A DNA stretch of 64,000 bases from Paenibacillus flagellatus (GCF_003217775.1 NZ_QJVJ01000012.1:1-64000); one strand, 5' to 3'. Numbered from the stretch's first letter, positions 17,305-27,888 are shown. Program-made: numbers and translations. The notes: generated by a model not told the origin, from the sequence alone.

Positions 17305-20300
17305 TCAGTTCATCAATCCGAGCTTCGTCGCGAGCCGTTTCAGCATGACGGCGGCTTGCGCGCGACTCGTATGGTCTTGCGGGGCGAAGACGGAATCGTC
17401 GACGCCGTTCAGAATGCCTTCGCTGACGGCGAGTGCCGCTGCGTCGCGGGCCCAGCCGCTGATCTTGCCGGCGTCCGCGAACGCCTGCAGCGCGGACGGG
17501 CTGCCCGATGCGGCCCGGCCGTCCACGAAGTCGAACGCGCGTGCGGCCAGCACGGCGAGCTCTTCGCGGCTGATCGCTTGGTTCGGACGGAACGTGCCGT
17601 CCTCGTAGCCTTCGATCAGCCCGGCCTTGGAGGCGGTTGCCGCCGCGGACGCGAACCAGTCGGAGGCGCGGACGTCGCCGAACGACGACGAGCCGTCCTG
17701 CGGAGTCAGACCGAGCGCGCGTACGAGCAGTGCGGCGAATTCGGCGCGCGTAATTGATTGGTCGGGGGCGAACGCCGTGTCGGTAACGCCCTTCACGAGC
17801 AGCTTCGACGCGAGGCGCTCGATGTCCGCTTGCGCCCAATGGCCTTTCATGTCGTCAAACGTCTTGCTGTAGGAGACGACGGTATACAGGCTGTTGCCGG
17901 TCCGCTTGATGATGACGGTCGTTTTGCCGTTCGCTTGGATGAAGCGGGCCGGAACGAACGTCATCTCGCCGGTAGCCGGGTCGATGACGACGGCGGTTGC
18001 GGAACCGGATACGTTGCCGGACAGGGTGAGCGAACGCTCCGCATACCGGCTGCCGAAATCGTCGATCGTCCGCGTCTTGCCGCCGGCTTGCACGCGGAGG
18101 CTGAAGTCGTAGACGTCGCCGATCACTTCGCCGCCTTGCTTTTCCACCGCATCGGCGATGGCGTCCGCTTCCGTGCCGGTTATCTTCTCGAGCGTGATCA
18201 GCACTTGCATGTCTCCCGCTTGAACGCCCAATTCACTCGCTATCGCGTCGATGTCGAGCAGGTCGGCCGGCAGGTGATACGTCACGCCGCCGGATCTGAC
18301 GGTCAGCACGGCCCCGTCCACGGAGTCGGCCGCTTGGTTCAGCGACTGTGCGGGAAGCGATACGATCGCGACCGGCTGGGTATCCGACACTTCGACGATC
18401 AGCTGCTTCGACGTCGATCCTTGCTGCCGCAACGAGGAGATCGCTTTGTTCAGCGCGTCCGCGTCGAGCGTCACCTTCATCGCCGGCTTGCCGCTGTCGT
18501 CCGTCGTCTGAACCGGCGTTGCCGGGATCACGACACCGGATTCCGCAGGAGTCGTCGGTGCCGGTTGGTTCGGAGTCGTCACGACCGGGCCGGACGACGG
18601 CGGTGGCGTCGTGGACGAATCGTCGCTGCTCGATTCCGGCGTGTACGTCAATTGAATCGACTTCTCGTTCGTCTTCATGTTGTCTACGTAAACCGCAAAG
18701 GTGACCGTGTTGACGCCTTGCTGCAAGTTCACCCGTCCGGCGAAATCGCCGTTCGGAGCGACGGCGGCCGCGGTTCCGTTCAAGGTGACGTTAACGGTCG
18801 TTCCGGCACCGAGCACCTTGACGTTGCCGCGCAGCTCCGGGTTCGGGGTCGATACGGTTTTGCCGTCGTAGTTCAGGAAGCCCGAGAGAGCCGCGGCCCG
18901 AATGTCGTCGCCGATATTGTACGAGTTGGCGATGAGCTGGCGCTTCGTGCGCACGCCGTTCAGGTCGAGCGCGGAGATGACCATGCCGCCCGGCGGAATG
19001 GCGCTGTTGTTGTCCTGCGGCGCGCTCCAGTTCCAGTTGATCGCCTGCGATTTGTTGGCCATCTTGACGACTTTGCCCGTCGCGTCCGCGACGACTTCGA
19101 CGCCGAACCGGTTCCCGCCGGTCGAGGTGCCGTACTCGTCGTTGTACACGTTCAGGTCGCCGAGGTTGCGGCTGACGTTGTAGAAGTCGCCCTCGATGAA
19201 CGAGGAAGGACTGCCGGGCTTGCTCATGCCGATCTGGTAATCCTTCACGTACGTTTCGTTATCGATCGACGCTTTGATGATCGGCCAGTTGGCGAGCGAG
19301 GCGTCGAACAGCATGAGCCCGTTCGAGCTGCCGAGCGCCGTCTGGAAAATGGTGCGCTGCAGCTCCGGCGACTGCAGGTCCGCGAGCGCCATGCCCGCGT
19401 ACAGCGGCACTTCGCCGTTGGTCACGATCGAGTCGAGCGTAATGTAACGCTGAATTTCTTGCGGCGTGCTGTAATACGTGCCGACCATCAGGAAGTCCAT
19501 ATGGTCGATGTAGCCGGTTTGGTAATAGCCGTCCGTGTAGATCGAATTCGTCGGGAAGTTCAACCGGCTGTCGTACCGGAAGTTTTTGCTGCCCCAATGG
19601 ACGCCGTTCAAGTAGTACGATTCGAACCAGGCGCCGACGTAGGCGGACGTTTCGATTTTCCGTCCCTTCGAGGCCGTGTACCGGTCGACGAGCTGGCGCG
19701 TTTCTTTCACGAAGCTCTCGATCGTGCCGGAACGGAACTCCCACCAATCCTGGATGAGCGGACCGTCTACCCGTCTGCCGTCCTCATAGCGGAAAATATC
19801 TTGAGGCCAAGCGTTCAGCTGCTTGCCGCGCTGCTGCAAAAACGCCTCGAATTTCTGCTTCGTTACGTCGCTGAAATCGGCGGTTTCGTTGTCGTACCGG
19901 CCGCGGTCGAGAATGATGCCGTCGACGTCGTAGTTTTTCAGCACTTCCTCGAACGTCTTCAGCTGGAAGTCGCGCACCTCGTCGTTCGCCGGGTTGACGA
20001 ACAGGACGGCCGCGCCGTTGGCGGCGCCGGACAAGCCGCGCTGGCCGTAGGCGCTCTCGCGAAGCCGCTTGATCTCTCCGCCGTCGTCGACGCGGTAGAC
20101 GCGCTCCTCCCAGTCGAGATGCTGATCGATGATGGCGAAGTCCTTCACGGCGATCGAGCCTTCGGCGAAGACGTTAAACGCCGCGTGCACCTTCAGGCCG
20201 AGCGCATGGCTGTGCGTCAGGAACAGCTCCAGCAGGTCGAGATCGGGGTTGGAGCCCTGCCGATCGACCGCGGTCATCTCGCTGACGTACGGACGATGGG

Positions 20301-21975
20301 TCAGATCGTTTTTCTTGTACGAGACGAAGCCTTCCACGCCTTTGACGTCAAAGGCGACATCGGTAACGCCGGCGTTCTTCGCCTTGGTCAGGAAGTCGAG
20401 GACGGCTTGGCTCGACTGGAATTTCTTCGCGTTCGACGCCTGGTCCACCCACAAAATGACTTGCTTCTCGGCGGGCAGGGACGGCCGGCTGTACACGATG
20501 ACGGACTTCTTGTCGTGCTGGGTGCCGCCCTTCGAAACCGTGACATCGATATAGTTCGGGCCGGCCGTAAGCGCCGCTTGGTGGGAGAACGTGCCGTTCG
20601 CTCCGATGGCGACGGTCGTTCCGCCGATCTGCAGGACGGCGCCGTCCGGGTTCGTCACCTTGCCGGCAATCGTCGCGGTCGTCGACGGCGTCGTGTACAT
20701 GGTCAGGCCGTCCAGCTGCAGGCGCGGAATGGCGCCGAGACCGGTCATGAGCTCGCTGACGGGAACGACGTTGCCGTTTTTGCGCAGCTTGACGACGTCG
20801 CCTACATTGAATTTGGTCGCCAAATATTTTTTGAAATCCAGCGTGGCGTAGCTGTTGTCCTGCGCCATGACGACGTATCCGCCTTGCGGAATGTCGAGCT
20901 CGCCGCCTACCCAGGACGGCGGGCTGGTGCCGTTCGCCTTGTTGATCATCTTCATCACTTTGCCGGACGCGTCGACTTGAATCGCGACGTTGGTAGCCGG
21001 AATCGTAATCTTCGACGCGTATTCGGTCGTGAACAGGGCGATGATGTTCGGGATGCCGGTCACATCTTTGTCGATGTAATTGATCGGCTTCTTCGGCCCT
21101 TCGACGACGATCGTGATGTCCTCCGGCGGCGCCTCGATCTCGATCAGGTCGCCGACGTGATACGTAATCACGACCGATTCGCTCTGCAGCACGTCCGCGT
21201 TGCGGAGCAGCTTGACGGGAATCGTATTGGCGCCCGCGGTCAAGGTGACCGGCTGGCTGAACGAGCCGTCGGGCTGCACGCTAGCGTCCGCGTCGCCCAC
21301 CTTCACCGCAAGGCCGGTGCCGGACACATAGTTCAGCACTTTTCCCTGAATGGTGTACGTAGCCGTCGTCACGGTCGTGCCGGATGCGGTCGAAAGTTGG
21401 AGAGTCGGCTGGGCCGGATCGGGCAAAAAGTCTGCCGCGGTTACCCGTACGCCTCCGCGCTCGAGGGCAATGGTGTCGCCGGCTTGAAACGTATTATAGA
21501 GCGCCTTGCGGAAGTTTTTATCGAGCCAATTGTCATCGGATGCCAGAAGGACGAAACCTCCGGGCGGAATCGTGACATTTTGGTCCGGGTCCCAGCTGTA
21601 CGGTTTATTGTTGCTGGGATTGATGCCTCCCTGGGGGCCGACCATCTTCAATACGTTGCCCTGCGCATCCACTTGGATAGCGGCGTTCGTCGTTTTCACG
21701 AAGACGGCATTGTTGTTGCCGGAGACGTTCGTTACCGACGTACCGCTCGTGAAGAGAGCCACGTAATCTTTCTTCTGCGGCGCAGCGTCCACATTCACGT
21801 TCACATGGTTCAATTTCAGCTTCCTGCTCCCGTCCAACGACACCGCATACACGTCGTCGGTTACGGAGCCGCTCCCGGCATCGGCCGCCAGCGCGCCCGT
21901 CCCGAAAGTCGGGAACAGCGACACCAGCAGACAGACGATCAGGAACACATTCATTCGGTACCGTCCGGTTCTCAT
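17305..21975 (-). CDS. Large cell-surface protein: signal peptide, glycoside-hydrolase-like (GHL10/DUF187, YngK-like) domain, Ig-like domains, three C-terminal SLH domains
   Basis: RBS AGGAGAAGG 6 nt upstream of the ATG at 21975. Signal peptide present. C-terminal SLH repeats (WFASAAATASKAGLIEGYEDGTFRPNQAISREE...). Central VILWVDQASN...VTDVAFDVKG resembles a GHL10 TIM barrel. Confidence 0.7.
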   Translation of the reverse strand: MRTGRYRMNVFLIVCLLVSLFPTFGTGALAADAGSGSVTDDVYAVSLDGSRKLKLNHVNVNVDAAPQKKDYVALFTSGTSVTNVSGNNNAVFVKTTNAAIQVDAQGNVLKMVGPQGGINPSNNKPYSWDPDQNVTIPPGGFVLLASDDNWLDKNFRKALYNTFQAGDTIALERGGVRVTAADFLPDPAQPTLQLSTASGTTVTTATYTIQGKVLNYVSGTGLAVKVGDADASVQPDGSFSQPVTLTAGANTIPVKLLRNADVLQSESVVITYHVGDLIEIEAPPEDITIVVEGPKKPINYIDKDVTGIPNIIALFTTEYASKITIPATNVAIQVDASGKVMKMINKANGTSPPSWVGGELDIPQGGYVVMAQDNSYATLDFKKYLATKFNVGDVVKLRKNGNVVPVSELMTGLGAIPRLQLDGLTMYTTPSTTATIAGKVTNPDGAVLQIGGTTVAIGANGTFSHQAALTAGPNYIDVTVSKGGTQHDKKSVIVYSRPSLPAEKQVILWVDQASNAKKFQSSQAVLDFLTKAKNAGVTDVAFDVKGVEGFVSYKKNDLTHRPYVSEMTAVDRQGSNPDLDLLELFLTHSHALGLKVHAAFNVFAEGSIAVKDFAIIDQHLDWEERVYRVDDGGEIKRLRESAYGQRGLSGAANGAAVLFVNPANDEVRDFQLKTFEEVLKNYDVDGIILDRGRYDNETADFSDVTKQKFEAFLQQRGKQLNAWPQDIFRYEDGRRVDGPLIQDWWEFRSGTIESFVKETRQLVDRYTASKGRKIETSAYVGAWFESYYLNGVHWGSKNFRYDSRLNFPTNSIYTDGYYQTGYIDHMDFLMVGTYYSTPQEIQRYITLDSIVTNGEVPLYAGMALADLQSPELQRTIFQTALGSSNGLMLFDASLANWPIIKASIDNETYVKDYQIGMSKPGSPSSFIEGDFYNVSRNLGDLNVYNDEYGTSTGGNRFGVEVVADATGKVVKMANKSQAINWNWSAPQDNNSAIPPGGMVISALDLNGVRTKRQLIANSYNIGDDIRAAALSGFLNYDGKTVSTPNPELRGNVKVLGAGTTVNVTLNGTAAAVAPNGDFAGRVNLQQGVNTVTFAVYVDNMKTNEKSIQLTYTPESSSDDSSTTPPPSSGPVVTTPNQPAPTTPAESGVVIPATPVQTTDDSGKPAMKVTLDADALNKAISSLRQQGSTSKQLIVEVSDTQPVAIVSLPAQSLNQAADSVDGAVLTVRSGGVTYHLPADLLDIDAIASELGVQAGDMQVLITLEKITGTEADAIADAVEKQGGEVIGDVYDFSLRVQAGGKTRTIDDFGSRYAERSLTLSGNVSGSATAVVIDPATGEMTFVPARFIQANGKTTVIIKRTGNSLYTVVSYSKTFDDMKGHWAQADIERLASKLLVKGVTDTAFAPDQSITRAEFAALLVRALGLTPQDGSSSFGDVRASDWFASAAATASKAGLIEGYEDGTFRPNQAISREELAVLAARAFDFVDGRAASGSPSALQAFADAGKISGWARDAAALAVSEGILNGVDDSVFAPQDHTSRAQAAVMLKRLATKLGLMN

Positions 21976-22230
21976 GATTCACCTTCTCCTATGTAGTAGT
22001 TTGCGAATACGTTTTCATTATAGTTGGGAGCGGTTTCATCAAGTAGGTGCGATGATGACATGTTTTGGGACTATGATGACTTTTCCGGTTGGAGAAGGGG
22101 GGAGAGTTCGGCGAGAATGGGGGCGGTTGTCGGCGGGGCGCTAGGGTGGAAGTCTTTCCGGGAGCGGGATAAGGATGGGGACTTACAGAAGGAATGCGGG
22201 GAAAAGGAGAGGGCGTTTGTCGAGCGAACG

Positions 22231-22303
22231 CAAAAAAGCCTCCGGTTTCGGGAACGAAACGGCGCCGGCGTGCAGCGCATCCCCGCTCCTTTTTTCGGAG
22301 GCT
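22231..22303 (-). terminator. Terminator structure downstream of the DUF4157 toxin-like gene (nested hairpins; U-run on minus RNA)
   Basis: Outer stem AGCCTCCGG/TCGGAGGCT. Inner stem CCGGTTTCG-GGAA-CGAAACGG. The minus-strand RNA ends ...CCGGAGGCUUUUUUG. Confidence 0.55.
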
Positions 22304-22351
22304 TGCGATAGGGCGTCATCCTTGGGCGGTCGGACATCGCGCCGCCGCGGG

Positions 22352-24370
22352 TTACACCCTCGATAATTCCTCGTAAGCAATCTTGTACTTTCTGCCGTTA
22401 CCCGGATAGCTTCTGCGGATCAGTTCTTTCGCTTCTTCTTGTGCGTCCTCGTCCTGCTTGGACCTTGCCTCTACATATTTCAGGAGAATAACGGTGATTT
22501 CCGCCCCGATCTGCAAAACGAGCCCGCCGATCGCGCCACGGAAGTCTTCCGGGTTTTTCCGCTTGCGGATCAGGTCGATCAGCCTCCGGTCGTATTCGTG
22601 CGGCTTCATGCGGCTGTAGGCCAGACCGTGCTTCTTCATCGACTTGAGGAAGCTGCTCGAGTTGAGCTTCTTCTGGTTGGCGCGGATGCTCTGCTGCGCC
22701 GTCTTGTTCCCGCGCGGAACGTAGTCCGGGAGCTCCTGCACCACCTGCTCCTCCGCCATCTCCGTCCGGTAGGGCGACATCGGGGCCCACATCTCCTCGA
22801 CCTCGTCCATTTCGATCGGGTTGACGACCTCGGTTTGTTGAACCGCCTTCAGCTGGTCGGTGAACGACAAGCTCGTATCGACGCTGGACAGTCCGTGGAA
22901 GCCCAGGCTCGCATTAGCGTGCGGGATGGAGGCGGACATCGATTGGTCGCGCTGCTTTTTCAACTCCAGTGCGGCGTTGATCAACTGGATGCACATCTGC
23001 TCCACTCGGACGCGAGGCGCCTCCTCCTGCTCCCAAGCTTCCTTCACGTCGTTCATCAGCGTGGCCGCCTCGCTCGCTTGATAGATCAGCTTATACAGCT
23101 TGTCGGTTTCGGCCATAACGGTTTCGAAGCGCTTCTTGCGCTCTTGCGGAGCGTTTTGCAGCGCCTGGCCCAATTCGGCCGGGAATCCGTAATCGGCCAG
23201 CTGGAGCTTCGTCTCCAGATCCTTCAAAACGTCCAGCTCGCGCTCGATGACGTCGTTGGCATCCTTCTCCTCCGTGCTCAAGGCGGTGGCCTTGGTAATG
23301 GACGTCAAGCTCTTCTTCAAGTCGGCGTCGTTCACGTCGAGCAAGTAGTCGCTCAAGCCCATCTTGTCGAGCACCGCTTGGATCGGCTTCATGACCGCCG
23401 CCGCCGAGCTCAGGTCGTCCGTATTCGTCAGGACGACCTCCTTTCGCGCCACGTGGGTCCAAGCCGCCGCGCCGTCGCGGTCCGACCGGTTCACGCCGGC
23501 TCCGCTCAGGGCCGGAACGTTTCGCAAGCCGGTGCTACCGCCTTTATAGTAGGACGGCGGGGGAATATCGATATCCACTTTGCCGTCGGTGCCCGGTACC
23601 GCGGTTTTCGTGTTCGGGTCCAACTGATGCCACTCGCAATGAATAGCGGACGTATAGTAAGGCTTATGTTGCGCCGCATTATCCCGCAGCTGGTCGGTCC
23701 ATACCTTGTAGTACACCCAGCCGTGATGATCGTTGACGATCGACTTGATCTTGTCTTCGGCTTTCTCCAAATGCTGCGTATTGGCGGCTTTGGGGATGGC
23801 GGCCAGGTTGCGGACGTCGTTGCCGGGACCGCCCAAGTTTTCGTTCAGCAGGTGGCCGGCCACATAGTCCGTTTTGTTGCCGGCGCGTTTTTCCTGGGCT
23901 TTGCGTTTGTCGACCCATTTGCCGCTCGTCCCCGGCTTGCTGCCCAACGGATGGTCCGGTCCGAGCGGGTTGGCGGTCATCTCGGTCCCTTCGTCGCGAG
24001 ATGCGTTCTGCCAAGTTATAGCCGTCGTCCAAGGCGACGTCGGCGAACCGTCGACGGCCGCGCCCCGGCCGACCCCGGTCCGGAACGGCACCCATCGATG
24101 GTGGGTGTTCGGATCGGGAATTTCGTCGTACTTCAGCATGTTGCGCTGGATTCGCGCGCCCGGTCTGCCCGGCGCTTGGCGGTCGCGGAGCAGCGAGCCT
24201 ACGGCCCGGTTGCCGATGGAGCGCTGCAGGTAGCCGACCGTCGCCGGCGACGGGGCGTAGAGTCCGGGAGGCGATTCGGCGATCGCCGACGCGTCTTCCT
24301 TCCGCTCCGGGCTTTTGCCCGCGGACGCTTCCTTCGGTTGCTTGGCGCTTGGCGCCGATTGGCGGGACAT
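22352..24370 (-). CDS. DUF4157-domain (LQRxxGNRA motif) polymorphic-toxin-like protein with a putative HNH/ββα-Me-like nuclease region and long helical C-terminus
   Basis: N-terminal VGYLQRSIGNRAVGSLL, the DUF4157 signature. Middle segment AGHLLNENLGGPGNDVRNLAAIPKAAN has an H..N..N ββα-Me-like pattern. Start ATG at 24370 with RBS AAGGGGGAA (TTG at 24415 also in frame). Confidence 0.6.
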   Translation of the reverse strand: MSRQSAPSAKQPKEASAGKSPERKEDASAIAESPPGLYAPSPATVGYLQRSIGNRAVGSLLRDRQAPGRPGARIQRNMLKYDEIPDPNTHHRWVPFRTGVGRGAAVDGSPTSPWTTAITWQNASRDEGTEMTANPLGPDHPLGSKPGTSGKWVDKRKAQEKRAGNKTDYVAGHLLNENLGGPGNDVRNLAAIPKAANTQHLEKAEDKIKSIVNDHHGWVYYKVWTDQLRDNAAQHKPYYTSAIHCEWHQLDPNTKTAVPGTDGKVDIDIPPPSYYKGGSTGLRNVPALSGAGVNRSDRDGAAAWTHVARKEVVLTNTDDLSSAAAVMKPIQAVLDKMGLSDYLLDVNDADLKKSLTSITKATALSTEEKDANDVIERELDVLKDLETKLQLADYGFPAELGQALQNAPQERKKRFETVMAETDKLYKLIYQASEAATLMNDVKEAWEQEEAPRVRVEQMCIQLINAALELKKQRDQSMSASIPHANASLGFHGLSSVDTSLSFTDQLKAVQQTEVVNPIEMDEVEEMWAPMSPYRTEMAEEQVVQELPDYVPRGNKTAQQSIRANQKKLNSSSFLKSMKKHGLAYSRMKPHEYDRRLIDLIRKRKNPEDFRGAIGGLVLQIGAEITVILLKYVEARSKQDEDAQEEAKELIRRSYPGNGRKYKIAYEELSRV

Positions 24371-24437
24371 GGGCGTTCCCCCTTTGCGGGCGTAATCGAC
24401 CTTTTCTTTTTCCAATATACTACATGTCTAAACGGAA

Positions 24438-24467
24438 TTGACACCCCGAACGGGCTTGTGCTATATA
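24438..24467 (+). promoter_or_regulatory. Sigma-A-type promoter upstream of htpG
   Basis: TTGACA (24438-24443), 18-nt spacer, TATATA (24462-24467). Confidence 0.5.
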
Positions 24468-24477
24468 AAAATTACGA

Positions 24478-24504
24478 TTGGCACTCGTGGCGTATGAGTG
24501 CTAA
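24478..24504 (+). promoter_or_regulatory. CIRCE element (HrcA operator)
   Basis: TTGGCACTC-GTGGCGTAT-GAGTGCTAA matches CIRCE TTAGCACTC-N9-GAGTGCTAA at 17 of 18 positions. Located between the promoter and the htpG start. Confidence 0.75.
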
Positions 24505-24547
24505 AATAGGCGTAACGATATTTTTATAGGCGAAAGGGGATTTACCG

Positions 24548-26428
24548 GTGGCCAAGAAGCAGTTCAAGGCGGAATCGAAGCGATTGCTGGAAATGATGAT
24601 CAACTCCATCTACACGCAGCGGGAAATTTTTCTGCGGGAGCTGATCTCGAACGCAAGCGACGCCATCGACAAAATTTATTACAAGTCGCTGGCCGACGAT
24701 CAGCTGGTATTCGACAAGGACAACTACTACATCAAGATTACGGCCGATAAGGACAAGCGGACGTTGACGATTTCCGATACCGGGATCGGGATGACGAAGG
24801 AGGAGCTCGAGAACAACCTCGGCGTCATCGCGAAGAGCGGCTCGCTCGCGTTCAAGCAGGAGAACGAGCTGAAGGACGGGCACAACATTATCGGCCAGTT
24901 CGGCGTCGGCTTTTACTCCGCCTTCATGGTTGCGGACGTGGTGACGGTGATCAGCCGGGCGCTCGGCAGCGACGAGGCGTACAAGTGGGAGTCCGAAGGC
25001 GCGGACGGCTACACGATCGAGCCGAGCGAGAAGGCGACGGTCGGCACCGACATCATCATGAAGATCAAGCCGAACACCGAGGACGACCGGTACGACGAGT
25101 TTTTGGAGGAATACCGGCTGAAGTCGATCGTCAAGAAATATTCGGACTTCATCCGCTATCCGATCAAGATGGACGTGAAGGGCAAGCGGCCGAAGGAAGG
25201 CAGCGACAACGAATTCGAGGACTACGAGGAAGAGCAGACGATCAACAGCATGGTCCCGATTTGGCGCAAAAACAAGAGCGAGCTGACGGCCGAGGATTAC
25301 GAGAACTTCTACCGCGAGAAACGGTACGGCTTCGACAAGCCGCTGAAGCATCTCCATATCAGCGCGGACGGCGCCGTCGTGTACAACGCGATTTTGTTCA
25401 TCCCGGAGAACACGCCGTTCGACTATTACACGAAGGAATACGAGAAGGGGCTCGAGCTGTACTCCAACGGCGTGCTCATCATGAACAAGTGCGCGGACCT
25501 GCTCCCCGACTACTTCAGCTTCGTGAAAGGGATGGTCGACTCCGAGGACTTGTCGCTCAACATTTCGCGCGAGATGCTGCAGCACGACCGGCAGCTGACG
25601 CTTATCGCGAAGAACATCAAGAGCAAGATCAAGAGCGCGCTGCAAAGCATGCTGAAGGACGAGCGGGAGAAGTACGAGACGTTCTACAAGGCGTTCGGCC
25701 GCCAGCTCAAGTTCGGCGTCTACAGCGACTACGGCGCGAACAAGGAGCTGCTGCAGGACCTGCTGCTGTTCCACTCCTCGAAGGAGAAAAAGCCGGTAAC
25801 GCTCGACGAGTACGTGTCGAGAATGCCGGAGGACCAGAAATATATTTACTACGCGTCCGGCGATTCGATCGAGCGGCTCGAGAAGCTGCCGCAAACCGAG
25901 CTCGTCTTGGATAAGGGCTACGAAATTCTGTACTTCACCGACGATATCGACGAATTCGCGATCAAGATGCTGATGACGTACAAGGAGAAGGAGTTCAAGT
26001 CGGTATCGAGCGGCGATCTCGGAATCGAGGCGGATGCGAACGACAGCGCGTCGGAAGCCGAGGACGGCGACAGCAAGGAGCTGTTCGAGCGGATGAAGGC
26101 GATTCTGGACGGCAAGGTAACGGGCGTCAAGGCGTCGAAGCGGCTCAAGTCGCATCCGGTCTGCCTGTCCACCGAGGGCGAGCTCTCGATCGAGATGGAG
26201 AAAATATTGAAGGCGATGCCGAACGGCCAAGACGTCAAAGCCGACAAGGTGCTCGAAATCAACGTGAACCACGACGTGTTCCGGTCGCTCAAGGCGGCGT
26301 TCAAATCCGACGAGGAGAAGCTGCGGCTGTACACGAACCTGCTGTACCACCAGGCGCTGCTCATCGAAGGGCTGCCGATCCAGGACCCGGTGGAGTTCAC
26401 GAACGACATTTGCAAAGTGATGGTGTGA
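24548..26428 (+). CDS. htpG: Molecular chaperone HtpG (Hsp90)
   Basis: N-terminal [12 protein letters not shown] (ATP-lid), GTIAKSG-like, [12 protein letters not shown]. Length 626 aa. GTG start with an AAAGGGGA RBS. Confidence 0.95.
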   Translation: MAKKQFKAESKRLLEMMINSIYTQREIFLRELISNASDAIDKIYYKSLADDQLVFDKDNYYIKITADKDKRTLTISDTGIGMTKEELENNLGVIAKSGSLAFKQENELKDGHNIIGQFGVGFYSAFMVADVVTVISRALGSDEAYKWESEGADGYTIEPSEKATVGTDIIMKIKPNTEDDRYDEFLEEYRLKSIVKKYSDFIRYPIKMDVKGKRPKEGSDNEFEDYEEEQTINSMVPIWRKNKSELTAEDYENFYREKRYGFDKPLKHLHISADGAVVYNAILFIPENTPFDYYTKEYEKGLELYSNGVLIMNKCADLLPDYFSFVKGMVDSEDLSLNISREMLQHDRQLTLIAKNIKSKIKSALQSMLKDEREKYETFYKAFGRQLKFGVYSDYGANKELLQDLLLFHSSKEKKPVTLDEYVSRMPEDQKYIYYASGDSIERLEKLPQTELVLDKGYEILYFTDDIDEFAIKMLMTYKEKEFKSVSSGDLGIEADANDSASEAEDGDSKELFERMKAILDGKVTGVKASKRLKSHPVCLSTEGELSIEMEKILKAMPNGQDVKADKVLEINVNHDVFRSLKAAFKSDEEKLRLYTNLLYHQALLIEGLPIQDPVEFTNDICKVMV

Positions 26429-26440
26429 CGGACCGATCGT

Positions 26441-26473
26441 CTCCGATGCTTACCCGCATCGGAGATTTTTTTT
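26441..26473 (+). terminator. Rho-independent terminator of htpG
   Basis: CTCCGATGC-TTACCC-GCATCGGAG, followed by ATTTTTTTT. Confidence 0.8.
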
Positions 26474-26574
26474 GCGCTTGCGATCCGGGGCTTGCCATAC
26501 TTTCGCCATGTTCGGACGTCGCGGGATAGCGGATAATGCAGGTACGATCGGAGAGAAAAGAAGGGGTGCGGACG

Positions 26575-27888
26575 ATGACGAAGACCGGATATTTGCGATG
26601 CGAGGTGTGCGCCAAAGTGACCCAGGTGAAAATCGAGGTCGGCTACTTGGACGCCTTCCCGCTGTACGTCAACTGCGGCCATTGCGGGACGCTGTTCTCG
26701 GGCCGGTATGCCAAAAACGACGAGGAGGTGACGGCCTCCGCCGTGTTCCGCAATGCGACGGAGATCGACGCTTCGGAGGCGGATACGGTCGATTACTTCT
26801 GCGACGCGTCCGGGGAGCTGATCATGCGAAAGGTCGCCCCGGCGCAGCGCGCGGCGGATTTGATGGTTCCTCCGGTCTGGATGGCGTTCCACCGCCGGCT
26901 TGGACCGAACGGGATGAAGGCGCTGTTCGGCCGGATGGTCGAGCTTCACCGTACCGTCAACGGGCCGGCCGCGCACGAGTGGAGCCGGGTGCTGGACCTA
27001 TGGTTCAACGGCAAGCACGCGTACTTGTCGGCGCAGCTGGCGGACGTGCTGGACGGGACGCCGCTTGCGGGCCCGGTAAGCGCCGGGCGTTACGTGCAGG
27101 CGATCCGCAAGCTGACGCGGACGCTGTTCGCGCCCTTGTACGGGTCGGAGCGGAACGGCGAATTCGTCCGGCGCGTCTCGGCTTCGTTGCGGACGTTGAA
27201 GATTACCCGGGAAGCCGGCTTGAAGGCTTATTTGCGCCGTCTGCACGAGATGGGGTTGTTCGATTCGTGCGAGAAAATCGCCTACGGACAGCTGAGAAAC
27301 GGGCTCGGCCGCTTCGAGCAGCTTATTCCGGCGTTCACGCTGAGCGAGCTGACCGATGCCGAGCGGGCGGCTTTGTTCGCCCCGGATTCCGCATACGGGA
27401 TGACGACGCTGTCGTTCGAGGACATCAAGTTTCTGTACGTCGACCTGTTCGAAAGCGTGGTAAAGGTTTTGCCCGTCATCGTCGGGCTGAACAATTTGCT
27501 CCACCGGGGCAGTCATCACGCGTTCTTGAACGGCGGCGCGACCGGCAAAAAGACGAGCGTCTCGTCGCTGGAGCAGTATGTCGACTTGTATACGGCGGCC
27601 GACAAGATGAAGCTGATCGACTACGGGGAGGCGTTCTCCGTCGCGATGCACGGCGAGCTGAACAACAAGCTGCGCAATGCGATCGGCCATTATGCTTACC
27701 GTTACGACAGCTTGGAGCAGAAGATCGTCTACGACAACGGCCGCAAGGTCATGTCGCTGCTGCAGTTCGGCTACGGCTGCTACGAGCTGATCTTGACGCT
27801 GCTCGACCTGTTCGACCTGACGATGTTTTTGCACGAGGTGCACGACCATTACTTCCCTGACGAAAATGTGTCGAATAACGTGATTTGA
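26575..27888 (+). CDS. Hypothetical protein with N-terminal Zn-ribbon (CEVC...CGHCG) and C-terminal HEPN-like Rx4H motif (KLRNAIGHYAY)
   Basis: ATG at 26575 with an AGAAGGGG RBS. CxxC...CxxC in the first 40 aa. RNAIGH fits the HEPN Rx4-6H catalytic motif. No other assignable family. Confidence 0.45.
   Translation: MTKTGYLRCEVCAKVTQVKIEVGYLDAFPLYVNCGHCGTLFSGRYAKNDEEVTASAVFRNATEIDASEADTVDYFCDASGELIMRKVAPAQRAADLMVPPVWMAFHRRLGPNGMKALFGRMVELHRTVNGPAAHEWSRVLDLWFNGKHAYLSAQLADVLDGTPLAGPVSAGRYVQAIRKLTRTLFAPLYGSERNGEFVRRVSASLRTLKITREAGLKAYLRRLHEMGLFDSCEKIAYGQLRNGLGRFEQLIPAFTLSELTDAERAALFAPDSAYGMTTLSFEDIKFLYVDLFESVVKVLPVIVGLNNLLHRGSHHAFLNGGATGKKTSVSSLEQYVDLYTAADKMKLIDYGEAFSVAMHGELNNKLRNAIGHYAYRYDSLEQKIVYDNGRKVMSLLQFGYGCYELILTLLDLFDLTMFLHEVHDHYFPDENVSNNVI

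Noticed and set aside
22090-22215. Run of G-tracts (GGGGGG, GGGGG, GGGG...) on the plus strand, possible G-quadruplex or regulatory element
   Set aside because: Lies in the promoter-distal leader region of two divergent genes. G-tracts are expected by chance in 70% G+C DNA. No phasing or conservation evidence available.
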